Positions 1 through 12,984 of a stretch of DNA of 64,000 bases are shown in pieces; the stretch's first letter is position 1; each line of letters opens with the position of its first letter. This DNA comes from Schizosaccharomyces osmophilus (Eukaryota): positions 1,178,001 through 1,242,000 of the forward strand of contig NC_079239.1 of the NCBI RefSeq assembly GCF_027921745.1. Direction: 5' to 3'. The notes beneath the pieces are model-generated. The model saw only the letters and a program-made list of their open reading frames with translations. It did not search any database and was not told the origin of the DNA. A program made the translations under genes and the position numbers.

Positions 1-1922
1 GGCGATTTGGCAAATCTAAGCTTTATAGAGTCTTTATAAAGTAAGAATAATGCTTGTCAGTTTGTCTGACACAGTGTTGAAAAATTGGGGTGGAACTGTT
101 AAAAAGACAGCAAATCAGAAAAGACAAGTGGTTGGTAATTCTAGCGTAATTACAAAAATTGGATCTCCTTTTCATGCATAAAGATGTGCATGCAGCTTTG
201 TTCATGTTTCGAATTTATGCAAAGGTCGAGGAGAACTTAAAATCATCAAAACCTGTTTAATAAAAAATCGTTTAAAGATTCTTTATGTTCTACTCCGCTT
301 TCCGACAAGCACTCTTGTGTGTGTGTTTTTTTTTTTTTTTTTTTTTGAGTAGCAATTCATCGTCAAGGTGCCCTTTTAAATGGGTTACGCAAACATATTC
401 GATAATACCGTGCAAGGTTTAAAATGAGGAAAGTAATGATATTTGAACATCTTTTCTATGTTACAGCCTTAAAGTGAGAGTTATTATTTATTTTTCTTCA
501 TACTTATTCGGATAGTTTTTATTATATCGAAGCTATCAACAAATAGAGAACCATTTATCCTTTTTAAAGTTAATTTAAAGCTAGTAGCGATCATTATTTG
601 TTTTTATCTTTCTCATCTAGATAGTAACAAAGTCAGGGCTAAAATATTTAAACTAAATTTTCCAAAAAAAAATTTCAAAGTTTTAACGGGACAAAATTTT
701 TTTATATACAATTTTTACAAATGGTATTAGGTTAATGAAAATTCAACCTGAGCATCCAGTCAGTACCTTGGTTTCCAGATGATTCCCATGATTTCTCATA
801 CCAATTCATGACAAAAAAAAATCGAAGCAAAAGCATAAGTAAAAAATTTTAAATGAACGAAGTGCTCGATCTGATGTGTCCGTATGCAGTACAGTTTAAG
901 CTGATCAGTCTTAATAGTTATAGTCAAACATGGAAAAGTAAAGTATAAATTATCAGGTTGGAAGATTCAACCGATCTAGCATAATAATCTCTATCTTCAA
1001 TTCATATAGCTCTATCAGATATCTCGATTTGGGAATTCTTTTCTCCCAAAGGAAAAGGAAAAAGTAAGTTCAATATATAGTAGAAGTTGCTTTTAGATTT
1101 TACAACATACAGCCGGTCGTATAATTGTACAGCGTAGACAACTGTATACAGCAAGGTAAGGTGGCATATCAGTGTTTAAGTGAAGTACAGGTTTTGCGTA
1201 GGTTTTCTGTCTTACATGGTGAATATGCTAGAAGCTCGTTGTTTAAAACAAGGTCTATAACGACCTTTTTCACTTTCGTATTTCTTATGTATTTACCCGA
1301 GAGTTTTTCATTGATTTATAAAAACAGCTTTTGCGGAAGTGAATAGGCATGATTCAAAAGATCAGTATGTAGAATCGCAAAAACTCATTTTATCTGAAGT
1401 TTCATAGTTAGGTATCGTTGATGAGCGTTATTTGAAGCAATATTTCAAAAAGAGAATAATTTCGAAAGAAGAAATCAGTCGTTTACTAAAGCACGTAAAT
1501 AAAACCGTAATAAATGCAGCAAAAACATAATGAGGTTACCTTCGCAAATCAGCGTTGAAATTTGGAGAATAACAATTTTTGATTTAAAAGAACTTATGTT
1601 TCATTGGTAAAGAATGCGTTTAAATCTACTAGATTTTTCTTGACTTAAGCTTTCACATTCAATCCCTTGGAGTAAGCAACCATGAATTTTACAGGTATTA
1701 TTAACTGTATATAACACTATTTGTAGTTACAAATTAATTAGCTCTTGTAGCTCAGTGGTAGAGCGCTTGCCTAGTAAGCAAGAGGCCCAGTGTTCGAGTC
1801 ACTGCTGGAGCAAACTTTTTGTCTACAGACCGAAGTTCATTCCGGATAATGCTATTTTTGTCTTCACTTAAAACAAACAAACATTTATCCAGCATTACAA
1901 ATCTACCCGGGCTGAGTGGAAC
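1..1922. repeat. Centromeric inner inverted repeat (imr-like), left arm; truncated by window start
   Basis: Position x is the reverse complement of 6955-x from 1 to 1922. Mirrored ORFs (23..205 vs 6750..6932; 1125..1346 vs 5609..5830) translate identically. The only mismatch found in spot checks is 849-850 vs 6105-6106. Confidence 0.95.
1741..1812 (+). tRNA. tRNA-Thr(AGT)
   Basis: GCTCTTGTAGCTCAGTGGTAGAGCG, anticodon arm CTTGC-CT-AGT-AA-GCAAG, TTCGA loop, downstream TTTTT terminator. Confidence 0.95.
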
Positions 1923-4900
1923 TTACGAGAGCCGCTGGGCGAATTTTTCGGCCGGTTCTCCCTTCGGTTTGTCGTTGTCAAAATAATTTAGGCAGAACAG
2001 AAGGTGAGGCTCGGTTACTGATATCTTAGCGATTTGGGTAAATTGTTTGGAAGGTAGTAAAAATTTTACACGTTGAGGGGTGGATATTGCACTCGTTCAC
2101 AGGTTTAAGCAAGCACTTTTATCTATTACAGACGAGTTTTTCTCAAAGCGTAGGACGCAGAAACTCTTGCTTTATCTATGCAGTTTTCATAACTGGATTT
2201 ACTTTAAAGAAAGATCGCTATTGTCGAATTTATTCTCCGGACACCTGGTTGGCGTCTCGCTTGCTCACAAAAAATCCGATTCATTTGAAATAAATGGCAT
2301 GCTTTGCGTGTAACATACAAAGGCAGACTAAGACTCCTTTTTGTATTTATTGTACTAAGGCTTTAAATTGCGGACATTGTTTATTGAATATTCATAATAT
2401 TCACCTAACAACGTATTTTAACACATAGCATATAAAGTGTAGCACTTCTTAGTTTAGCTAGCAAAAAGCCGGACGTTGCATAACTGAAGCTTTATGCACT
2501 TTGTGTCCTTTGTGCGCCTTGCTATTAGACTTTTAAATAAAATTTAACCTACACACTATATTAAATATACATGTTAATTAACATACCAGTTTTTAGCGCT
2601 TGGAATTTAACTAAAAATAGTTATAAGCACTCGAAAACAATTTGTGTAGCACTGCTGGAAAAGGTAAAAAACTTGAATATCATGGTTTACTAAATTACTT
2701 TACCCCGGGTAATTGGGGTAAAATATAAGATACCATCATACTTGTAGTGGGTGTCTTTTTACTTGCTTTCACATTTTAGAACTTAATTGCTATGTTTGCG
2801 CGACATCGTTGTAGTTTATACTCATCCTGAAAATATATTAATATCCATACAAAAATTGTAAAGCATTAAAGTAAACAACATCAAATGTTTTTGCATCTCG
2901 AAATTTATGTAGTCTCCTTAAATTAATGTGCTACCATATCGAATTTGATAAAAGTTACTTTCTTACTACACTGCATTCATAGATGTACTGTTTATAAAAA
3001 ATCATAAGTTTACCCGCAATGTTACCAGCTTCAACTATGTAGATTCAGTATTGAATTCATACGTAAAATATTATCTTCAATATGCACGAACTGGAGTGCT
3101 GGAATAAGCGTTGTGTTTCGCCAGAAATCGTTTGAGCTTATGCAAGTCTATCATATCAAAATTGGTACAGTAAAGACACTATCCCTCTACATATATGAAC
3201 TTAGTTTGCAAAACCTTGAGTTAGAGCAAGCTGTAATTTTTTAGACGACCTCTTACTATCCCTCTTTGCACATGTCTGGGTTCCATGTATAGCAAACTCA
3301 AGGATTTAGCCATGAAGTAGCAAAAAACCAGTTTAATAATGGACTTAATTCATCTTTAAGAATTTTTTGTAATATTCCTTTTGATTACTCCATAAGTTTG
3401 ATACACCACCAGTTCACAGATAAGTCTCATCACTCTAAATTTACTAGAGAAACGATCACCTCTTGTACTCAATTAATGATGTAGGCGTTTTTACATCCAA
3501 ACTCAGAATTAATCCAGTAATGAACCTCCAAGCTAGAAGGTTGTTAAACCTAAACATTCATAAATATATTGCCATTAAAAAAGCAAATTCATTGTAGTAT
3601 GTTCTCAATAATAAAATAATATGGGGGAGCTTCTTGGTAGACCAGCTCTCAAAACGTTCCCTTGTGATAGACTGCAGCCCAGTGAAAATAATTATCACCC
3701 AAAACGCATTCCTGCGCCGTTTCCTCTAAAAAGACAGAAACAGTTTGAAAACTATGCGGACGCAACAACCTGGAGAGATAGCAGTAAAACACTAATATTC
3801 TTTCACATAATACCTTCAGAGTGCAAGACACCAGCTCTTCCTAAAGAAACCCCCAACAGAACATCATTCTTGGCTGAAATATAAAAACGGTAGCACCTGT
3901 TTATTTACTAGTTGTGTTTTTTAATTTATTCTTTCAGTGGATGCTCAGTTCACTGCTTTAATGTTAAAATAAATAATTAAAGCTATCATTCATGCGTAGC
4001 CATAATTATAATGCTTTCTTCCTAGCCGTCGACAATAAAGATTTTCTTTTTACCTATCCTTCGATATATAATGTCCCTCGACTTTTTTAAATCACGAAGT
4101 AACTTTTAAGCTGCTGTAACATGTTTTCAGCTTTGCTTGACAAACACGCTTTGTTTGTTGCATGCAATCATTAAAGAAAGGCCTGCATAGCTTAGTCTTC
4201 ATACCTATCTAGTTATTCTTATTCTGGTAGATTGAAATATTGATAATGCTTTTATCATAATTATACCAACGCCTTGACACTTTAAGAATAATCTTTTGTA
4301 TTTTTTGACAACAGTGACCTAAAAGAACTTGCCAATCCGCTCAAGCTTGATTCATTTAACCAAGGACATTTTGAGAATTGAAGTCTTCTCCAGTAGGCAT
4401 AAATTAAAAAAAGGGCGCCAAACGATTTTTCTTCTCCTTATTTTGGCTAAACCACAGATTATTGATACTGTTCAAAAGAGCTAGTTTATTTCGATATCAT
4501 TGCATGCGATTCAGACGGTTTCCTACTTAGCCCGTGGTGTGAACTGTCAATTAAGCAAAAAAACGCACTATATGTTTTTCGTAGTGTAAAGGTTGCTGTT
4601 TTCATTCATAGTTGAGACATAATTAGGATGGGTTAAAGAATCCTAAATTCCCATACATGAAGAGGATACTTTTTGTGATATACGAACATAACCAATATAT
4701 TATTGTAGCCTAAATATTTTATCTGACTGCGTGGATGCGGCAGAGGTGAGTGAATCGTAGTTGAACGTTGTTTGAAGTGCGGGTGGTGAAATAATTTCGC
4801 TGGAGATATCAAAATATCGTAACAGATTTTGAACCCGAAAGTTTCCTCATATGTTACAGACAGAATACAAGAAATTCAAATCGTGCAATAAAAAGAACGA

Positions 4901-5032
4901 AGCAGTACTTCGTACAATACTACGACTGGACTACGTATTCAAGCATTGGCCACAAGATAGCAAGCATTAAAAGACTTAGTAAGCATCGATTATTAAGAGC
5001 TATAGAAGAATATTAATATCATTAAAGCAGGC
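1923..5032. other. Putative centromere central core (cnt-like, candidate CENP-A domain), 3110 bp
   Basis: Unique AT-rich spacer with no credible ORF between large tRNA-bearing inverted repeats. lys1, a classic cen1-linked marker in S. pombe, lies about 33 kb away. Confidence 0.75.
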
Positions 5033-6954
5033 GTTCCACTCAGCCCGGGTAGATTTGTAATGCTGGATAAATGTTTGTTTGTTTTAAGTGAAGACAAAAA
5101 TAGCATTATCCGGAATGAACTTCGGTCTGTAGACAAAAAGTTTGCTCCAGCAGTGACTCGAACACTGGGCCTCTTGCTTACTAGGCAAGCGCTCTACCAC
5201 TGAGCTACAAGAGCTAATTAATTTGTAACTACAAATAGTGTTATATACAGTTAATAATACCTGTAAAATTCATGGTTGCTTACTCCAAGGGATTGAATGT
5301 GAAAGCTTAAGTCAAGAAAAATCTAGTAGATTTAAACGCATTCTTTACCAATGAAACATAAGTTCTTTTAAATCAAAAATTGTTATTCTCCAAATTTCAA
5401 CGCTGATTTGCGAAGGTAACCTCATTATGTTTTTGCTGCATTTATTACGGTTTTATTTACGTGCTTTAGTAAACGACTGATTTCTTCTTTCGAAATTATT
5501 CTCTTTTTGAAATATTGCTTCAAATAACGCTCATCAACGATACCTAACTATGAAACTTCAGATAAAATGAGTTTTTGCGATTCTACATACTGATCTTTTG
5601 AATCATGCCTATTCACTTCCGCAAAAGCTGTTTTTATAAATCAATGAAAAACTCTCGGGTAAATACATAAGAAATACGAAAGTGAAAAAGGTCGTTATAG
5701 ACCTTGTTTTAAACAACGAGCTTCTAGCATATTCACCATGTAAGACAGAAAACCTACGCAAAACCTGTACTTCACTTAAACACTGATATGCCACCTTACC
5801 TTGCTGTATACAGTTGTCTACGCTGTACAATTATACGACCGGCTGTATGTTGTAAAATCTAAAAGCAACTTCTACTATATATTGAACTTACTTTTTCCTT
5901 TTCCTTTGGGAGAAAAGAATTCCCAAATCGAGATATCTGATAGAGCTATATGAATTGAAGATAGAGATTATTATGCTAGATCGGTTGAATCTTCCAACCT
6001 GATAATTTATACTTTACTTTTCCATGTTTGACTATAACTATTAAGACTGATCAGCTTAAACTGTACTGCATACGGACACATCAGATCGAGCACTTCGTTC
6101 ATTTTCAATTTTTTACTTATGCTTTTGCTTCGATTTTTTTTTGTCATGAATTGGTATGAGAAATCATGGGAATCATCTGGAAACCAAGGTACTGACTGGA
6201 TGCTCAGGTTGAATTTTCATTAACCTAATACCATTTGTAAAAATTGTATATAAAAAAATTTTGTCCCGTTAAAACTTTGAAATTTTTTTTTGGAAAATTT
6301 AGTTTAAATATTTTAGCCCTGACTTTGTTACTATCTAGATGAGAAAGATAAAAACAAATAATGATCGCTACTAGCTTTAAATTAACTTTAAAAAGGATAA
6401 ATGGTTCTCTATTTGTTGATAGCTTCGATATAATAAAAACTATCCGAATAAGTATGAAGAAAAATAAATAATAACTCTCACTTTAAGGCTGTAACATAGA
6501 AAAGATGTTCAAATATCATTACTTTCCTCATTTTAAACCTTGCACGGTATTATCGAATATGTTTGCGTAACCCATTTAAAAGGGCACCTTGACGATGAAT
6601 TGCTACTCAAAAAAAAAAAAAAAAAAAAACACACACACAAGAGTGCTTGTCGGAAAGCGGAGTAGAACATAAAGAATCTTTAAACGATTTTTTATTAAAC
6701 AGGTTTTGATGATTTTAAGTTCTCCTCGACCTTTGCATAAATTCGAAACATGAACAAAGCTGCATGCACATCTTTATGCATGAAAAGGAGATCCAATTTT
6801 TGTAATTACGCTAGAATTACCAACCACTTGTCTTTTCTGATTTGCTGTCTTTTTAACAGTTCCACCCCAATTTTTCAACACTGTGTCAGACAAACTGACA
6901 AGCATTATTCTTACTTTATAAAGACTCTATAAAGCTTAGATTTGCCAAATCGCC
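5033..6954. repeat. Centromeric inner inverted repeat, right arm; may extend past 6954
   Basis: Reverse complement of 1-1922. The outer limit cannot be set because the partner arm leaves the window. Confidence 0.95.
5143..5214 (-). tRNA. tRNA-Thr(AGT)
   Basis: Mirror copy of 1741-1812. Confidence 0.95.
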
Positions 6955-9257
6955 CTCTAATGCATACATAGATATATAAGAAGGTCCTAAGGAAGGTTAT
7001 CCAAAATTAAAAGGCACTTGTTTATAGGATAAGCATCAGATAGGGCATTATCTGAATTTCTGACAACGATCGCCTACCTTTATAAGTAACTAAATCATGT
7101 TTGATACTAGATACGATAACTGAAAGCATACCGAATAAAAAAATCTCTTTAAATAGTTATTGAATTATGGCCATTATATATATGCGTCAAGTAGTTTACT
7201 ATAGGAGGAATCGTTTTCTATTTATTTTCTTAATAAACTGATGAATTGGATAGGCTACCTTGTATGTTCTGTCGATTGTAGAGCAAATTTGTTGAGGTTT
7301 CAATATAATTGGTGAGTACGATACTTAGAAAACAATTAATCATCCTCCTTTCTTTTTCATACCGAAGCATTTTATAAATTCTTGATTATTGTCGTTCAAA
7401 TACTTTCATCAACGTAAAGCTGTGGAAGTTGTAATATTTACTCACTGTTCAAATATTGAAAATAATGAAGTAAGCTATATATTTGGCTGGTACAGGTTAA
7501 GCTATGGAAGTAAAATAAAGGTGGATTTGCATTAAATATGGAAAATGCTGTAAAATTCCTTGTTTGATGTTGTTTCGCCAATAAAACGCAAATACATATT
7601 ATAGTAATTAGTGCAGTACCCAAACAATGAGTAACGACCAAGCATGATTTCAGAAAATTGTCGATTAAGCCGACTTATGTCTAAGATCGTGAAATGGTTT
7701 TTAGTATATAATTAGTATGTCCGTTTAAAATGTGCAGCAGAGCTCAAAATATCTTTACAATACCCCTTTGTCTGTATGCTAATTAACGAAAAATCTACCA
7801 GTTTTCTCAGTTCTAATAGAAATTACATTACAGCTTCCTTCACTAGTAGCTAAATGTAAGCATTGTCAAAATGAAACTAGATCAAAGCGTTTAGTTATAT
7901 CTCCTCGTTTTTAGAAGGAACAAAAGAATTTTATGGCGATTACTTTACGATTGAGAAGTAAGTAAAAGACGTTGGTTATCGAGGTCATTCGCGAACAGAT
8001 TTCAAAGACCCTCTTAAGACTGCATTAATTTCTCAGTTGCAACGTTTCCAGTTTTCGAAGACTCTTTATAAGCAGTCACCGCATTGGATTTATGTAATCA
8101 CCTAACCAATATGCTAGTCAGGAAAGACATGTTGGAAACATTCATGAACAGAATTGATAGAATTGAAAGAAACCTTTCTGATTAGCGCAAATTACTCAGA
8201 ATGTAATCTTATTAAAATTTATTTCCCCTTTTTTTTTTTGTTTTTGCCTATTAGTACAATTCTATACTTTTTGTGCTTGTTTATAAACGCTATCTTACGA
8301 ATAAATTTAATACTAAGAGATTGTCTTATTGTCTTTTTTCTTATAACCCTTTAAAAAAAACCTTAGCTTAAGTTGAAATAGTCAATAAAATACATTCACT
8401 CAAATAATTAAATTTGCGAATTCAGAGTCTAATAACGGTTTGCTTTTAATTCTTCCATATATTCCAATCGATTATAGTCTTAAGTAGCAGTACTTTCTTA
8501 CTATAATCTTCAAATCAATCTTTGTATTCTCTAATTGGATCTACGTTTCTCTTCTGTATCAGCGGAAAAGCAGAGATGAGATCCGACAATAATTTAAGCA
8601 CATAAAAAAAGAGCTGAGAAGCTGATTTTGATTCCAATTATCGTATGATTGTATAATTTTTTTTATCTGCATTTGTACCAGTAAAAGGTCAGCTTTGCAT
8701 TTTTATTGCTTTCATACATGAGTATGTTTGAGTTTGAGGGTTGATTAAATATTGTATATGTTTTCAGTAAATGCTAGCAGAAATCATGAAGTCAACCTGT
8801 TAAATCTCAATTATCCTTTTTTATGTTTCCGTTCAATTGAGAAATGTTATTTTTATACAGCAGCTTTATTAATATCACTTAATGATGAGGATAAATAAAT
8901 GGAAACAAAAATCATAACGTGATAATATATACCTCACACTGGACATATTTGTAGCACGAGTATACTGGATTGTGTAGTATTATTGGGCTTATTTTTTAGG
9001 TTGCAACAAGTTAGTCTTTGATCCGCCTGAGCTTATAACTTTACAATAAAAAAGTTTAATTAAGAGTGGTAGTATTTAATTATTTCGCAAACTTTTTTTA
9101 CATACATGATGTTAAAATTGTAGAAGTACAGTTAGTAAGTTAGCTAGCTAAACATGTTATAATATTATGAGGTTGTATTAACTTGTACTACTTAGTATTA
9201 TACTTCTATAACTTTCGTAAGTATCTTGTAATATTTGTGAATATTTCGAATACTGTC

Positions 9258-9652
9258 TGTCACAGGATGAATCTCACTTGTTATGAGAATAAGTATTCAG
9301 TGGAAAAGATGTAAGTAATAACAATTCATAAAATTGTATATTTGACTTATAAATTGGATGCGTTTGTACTATAGAAAGATAGTAATAGCTTCCAGGGATC
9401 TGATTCACTAAGTAAGTTGTATGAACAATTTTATTTAGCTAGATCAGTCAAATCTTCCAATCTGAAGATTTGAGCTTTCCATTAGAGGTATATATATCTT
9501 TCTAGGATTAGTCAGCTTCTATATAACCTTAGTTCTAGATTTATAAAATTTTCAGTCGCAAAAATGAACATTTAGTTTTGTAATAACGTATTTGATAATA
9601 CAATACATTTATTGTATCAAGATATTAGTAATATCGTATACCGGTTATGACA
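9258..9652 (-). repeat. 3' LTR (395 bp)
   Basis: TGTCA..TGACA termini; TATA-like TATATATA near 9490; first about 200 bp align with 13916-14119. Confidence 0.9.
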
Positions 9653-9663
9653 CCTCCCTTCTT
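9653..9663 (-). other. Polypurine tract
   Basis: AAGAAGGGAGG on the minus strand abutting the 3' LTR. Confidence 0.85.
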
Positions 9664-9712
9664 AAGACGCTTTCACTTCCTTGAATTGAAAGATCTTGTT
9701 TTCCTTGCGGTT

Positions 9713-10966
9713 CTATCGAGATGAAGCGCTGTGGTTAAATTCAACGAGTTTTGCATCTGCTTTCTGTTGAACAATGTGAGTGGGGATCCAAGTGACTGAA
9801 CGAAGGTAGTCGTTTGACAGTTTCGTATGGTATAAACAGTAATAAAGCGAAGGCTTTTGGTTGTTGTCGACGTCTAATATACGGTCGATAGTTATATTTG
9901 CTAGAAAGTTGTTTGCATGTGAGTCTGCGTTGTATGGTTCGAGTTCAGACACATGAAATGATGCAGGGTATCGTCTTCGTATTTCACGAGGAAAATTTAA
10001 AGTATAGTTGTGTTCTGCAACTTTCTTTTTTATTTCGAATGGTCCGACAAACGTTGGTTCCAGTTTGTTGTTTTGATGAAAGAATCCCACTTTACCATTC
10101 TTAATGAGTACTTGGTCACCGGATTTGAATATCGGCGGTATCTCTGTCTTGCGATTATAGTATTTTGTATAACGTTCATTTGCTTTTCGTATGTGGTTTC
10201 TGATCTCGTGAACAGGTTCTGTTTGTGAGGATAAAAATGATGTACCGAGATCGTTTATCACTTGCAAATCCCATTCTGTTAGTATAGGTTGTATACCAAA
10301 TGCGGCCTTTACAGGGCTTACTTTGGTAGCGCTATGTTCGGCAGAGTTATAACATAACTGTGCTTTCTTCAAATATGTAGCCCAATTTTCCAAGTTGTCG
10401 TGCATATAGCAACGTAAATATGTTTCTACTATTTGGTTAATACGCTCAGTTTGTCCATTCGTTTGTGGATGATATCCAGAAGATAATTTGAGTGTTACAT
10501 TATGATCTTTGAGGTATTGTTTCCATTTATCAGAAATGAATACAGGTCCTCGGTCGGAAACGATATCTCTTGGATTGCCGTATACCGATACGATGTGATC
10601 TTCGAACATTTCAATCAGTTGTTCTGCGGTCGTGGTTGTATTACAAGGAAGAAACCAAGCCATTTTGGTGAAACGATCAACAATTGTTAAGATGGCATCT
10701 TTACCTTGAGATACTGGTAATCCAACGATAAAATCCATAGAATAATGTTGAAACGGTTTTTCTGCAATGGGCAGTGGTTGTAATTGACCATAGCGTTGAT
10801 GATTTCGAGTTTTACTGTGCTGACATATATCACAATTTTTAACATACTTTTGGATATCGCTTGTCATTCCTTGCCAATAAAACTTTTCGCGAATGCGATT
10901 TGTTGTGGACAGTTTTCCTCGATGTCCTCCTGAAATAGGATGATCATGGAATTGATAACATATCAA
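9713..10966 (-). pseudogene. Integrase segment of pol (HHCC, DDE core, GPF/Y motif, degenerate chromodomain-like tail)
   Basis: HDHPISGGH...CDIC, SMDFIVGLP, VSDRGPVF, GQTERINQ, FVGPF, C-terminal IDRILD..YY..TWIP. Open for 417 codons but cut off from RH by a lesion near 10970. Confidence 0.9.
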
Positions 10967-10971
10967 CTGAA

Positions 10972-12984
10972 CTAGTTGTGGAACTGTTCATTAATGATGA
11001 GGCCGTTTATAATTGTATATTGCGGATTGTCGTTGTCTCCATTTAGGATTCTTTGAAACTTTTTATGATTGGAGTATTCTTTGCGAACGTAATCGAAAAC
11101 ATTTGTTACATAATTTGCTTCACTTAGTTGATTGATGGCAGTGATTTTATAATCTGGGCGACGTGAGATTGCGTCTGCTGGTTCATTCTTTCGGCCAGGT
11201 CGATATTGAATTTCGAAATTGTATAGTTCCAATTCTGTTGCCCATCTATTGATTTGGAACGAGTATCTGTGCGAATTTTTGTAAACATAGATGTTAGATT
11301 CTTGTGATCCGTTAATATTTGAAATGGTGTTTCTGTGTGAGCTAAGAAATGATACCATTTTCGGAGAGCAGCAATAATTGCATAGGCTTCTTTTTCCCAT
11401 GTTGGCCAAATGCATTGACGATCTGTGAATGTTTCTGAATAGAAAGCTATTGGATGATAAACGTTGTCTTCTTGTTTTTGCGATAGAATGGCTCCTATGG
11501 CAAAGTCGGAAGCGTCAGTTTCTAATCGAGTTTCTTTTGTTGGATCATAGTGTTTTAGCATAGAATCGTTTTTTAGTTCTTTCTTGATGTTGACAAAGGC
11601 TTCTTTATGACGATCGGTCCATCTGTACTTGACATTCTTCTTTGTTAAGTCATATAACGGTCGTGCCAATTTTGAAAGATTCGGCATAAATCATCTAGAA
11701 TAATTAACAAAACCTAAGAAAGATTGTAGGCGTCGCAACGTATTGGGTTCAGGCCAATTTGTAACAGCTTGAATTCTTTCTGGGTCAATCTCCAGTCCTT
11801 GGTTGGAGAAGATATGACCTAAGAATTTGACTTTCTTTTGGAAAAAGGTACATTTCTCTCGATTTGCGTATAATTTTGCGTCTTGTAGCTTCTGCAATAC
11901 TTTTCGTAAATGTTCCTCGTGTTCTTTTTCTGAGGCGGAAAATATCAGAATATCGTCCAAATAAACGATAATAAAAATTCCAAGGTATGGTAAAAGTACT
12001 TTGTTAATATACCTTTGAAAATTTGCTGGCGCATTGGTTAATCCAAAGGGCATTACTTTGTATTCGAATGCTCCAAAGGATGTCTTGAAGGCTGTCTTTT
12101 GTTCATCGCCTTTTTGAATTCTAAGTAAATGATATGCTTCTTTCAGGTCAATCGTACTGAAAACTTTGGCTCCGCTTAGACAATTTATAATTTCTTCAAA
12201 GTTTGGTAATGGGTAATTGTCTCTTTTGGTGATTGCATTTAGTGGTTTATAGTTTATAGTTTATAACCATGCGGTATTTATCTGTTCCCTTTTTCGGTAC
12301 AACTAATGGAGCGCACATAATATTTGATGAGCTTTCGCGAATTTTGCCTTGACTTAATAATTTTTGCACGTTTTCTTTTATTGTCGCAGATTCTTTTTGT
12401 GTATATGGCCTTAGTTTCGGTGCGTAATCTGGCAATTTGTTTGTAAGTTCAATTTTCAAATCACTATCTGTGTGTCTGGGCAAAGGAATGTCTGCAACTT
12501 CTGTGAACACTTTGTTGAATGATTTTAATATATCTTCGACTTTTGGATTTTCCTTGTCGTTATTCTTTTCCTCCTTTGTCTTGTTGCCATATATAAAGTC
12601 TAAACTTTTCAATTTTTTCAAGATGCTCCATCCGAGGAGAACTTCGTTTTCTGAAGTCGGAGTAATTATAAACGTTTCGTAAAATTTTCGTTTATTGATT
12701 TCTACTAGCAATGTTAAATTTCCTTTAACTTGAAGTTTGTCGTTTGTTATCCCCAGAAACGTTCGGTTTTCTTTATTAAATTTACGCGTAATTTATTTAG
12801 CCAGGTCTTCTCTCAAGATGGATACGTTGGCGCCAGTATCTATCAATGCATTGACCTTGAGGTTTGCAATTTTGACATCTTGATTTTGCGAAGATTGTTT
12901 TTCGTAGTGTGTTTGTGGATTTCCTACAATGACCTTGTTTATAGAGACGACTTCATCTCTTCTAGACTTGTTTCCCTTGTCTAG
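10972..12984 (-). pseudogene. Protease-reverse transcriptase-RNase H segment of pol, multiply disrupted
   Basis: ALIDTGA (12829-12849), VLLG, MPFGLTNAP, YLDD, ETDASD, TDHKNL. Lesions: TAA 12793-12795, 7-bp duplication (GTTTATA x3, 12245-12265), TGA 11691-11693, frameshift near 11280, stop and frameshift near 10970. Confidence 0.93.

Noticed and set aside
23..8354. Short ORFs in the repeat arms and core, including the identical mirrored pairs
   Set aside because: No recognisable domains; the duplication is explained by the inverted repeat
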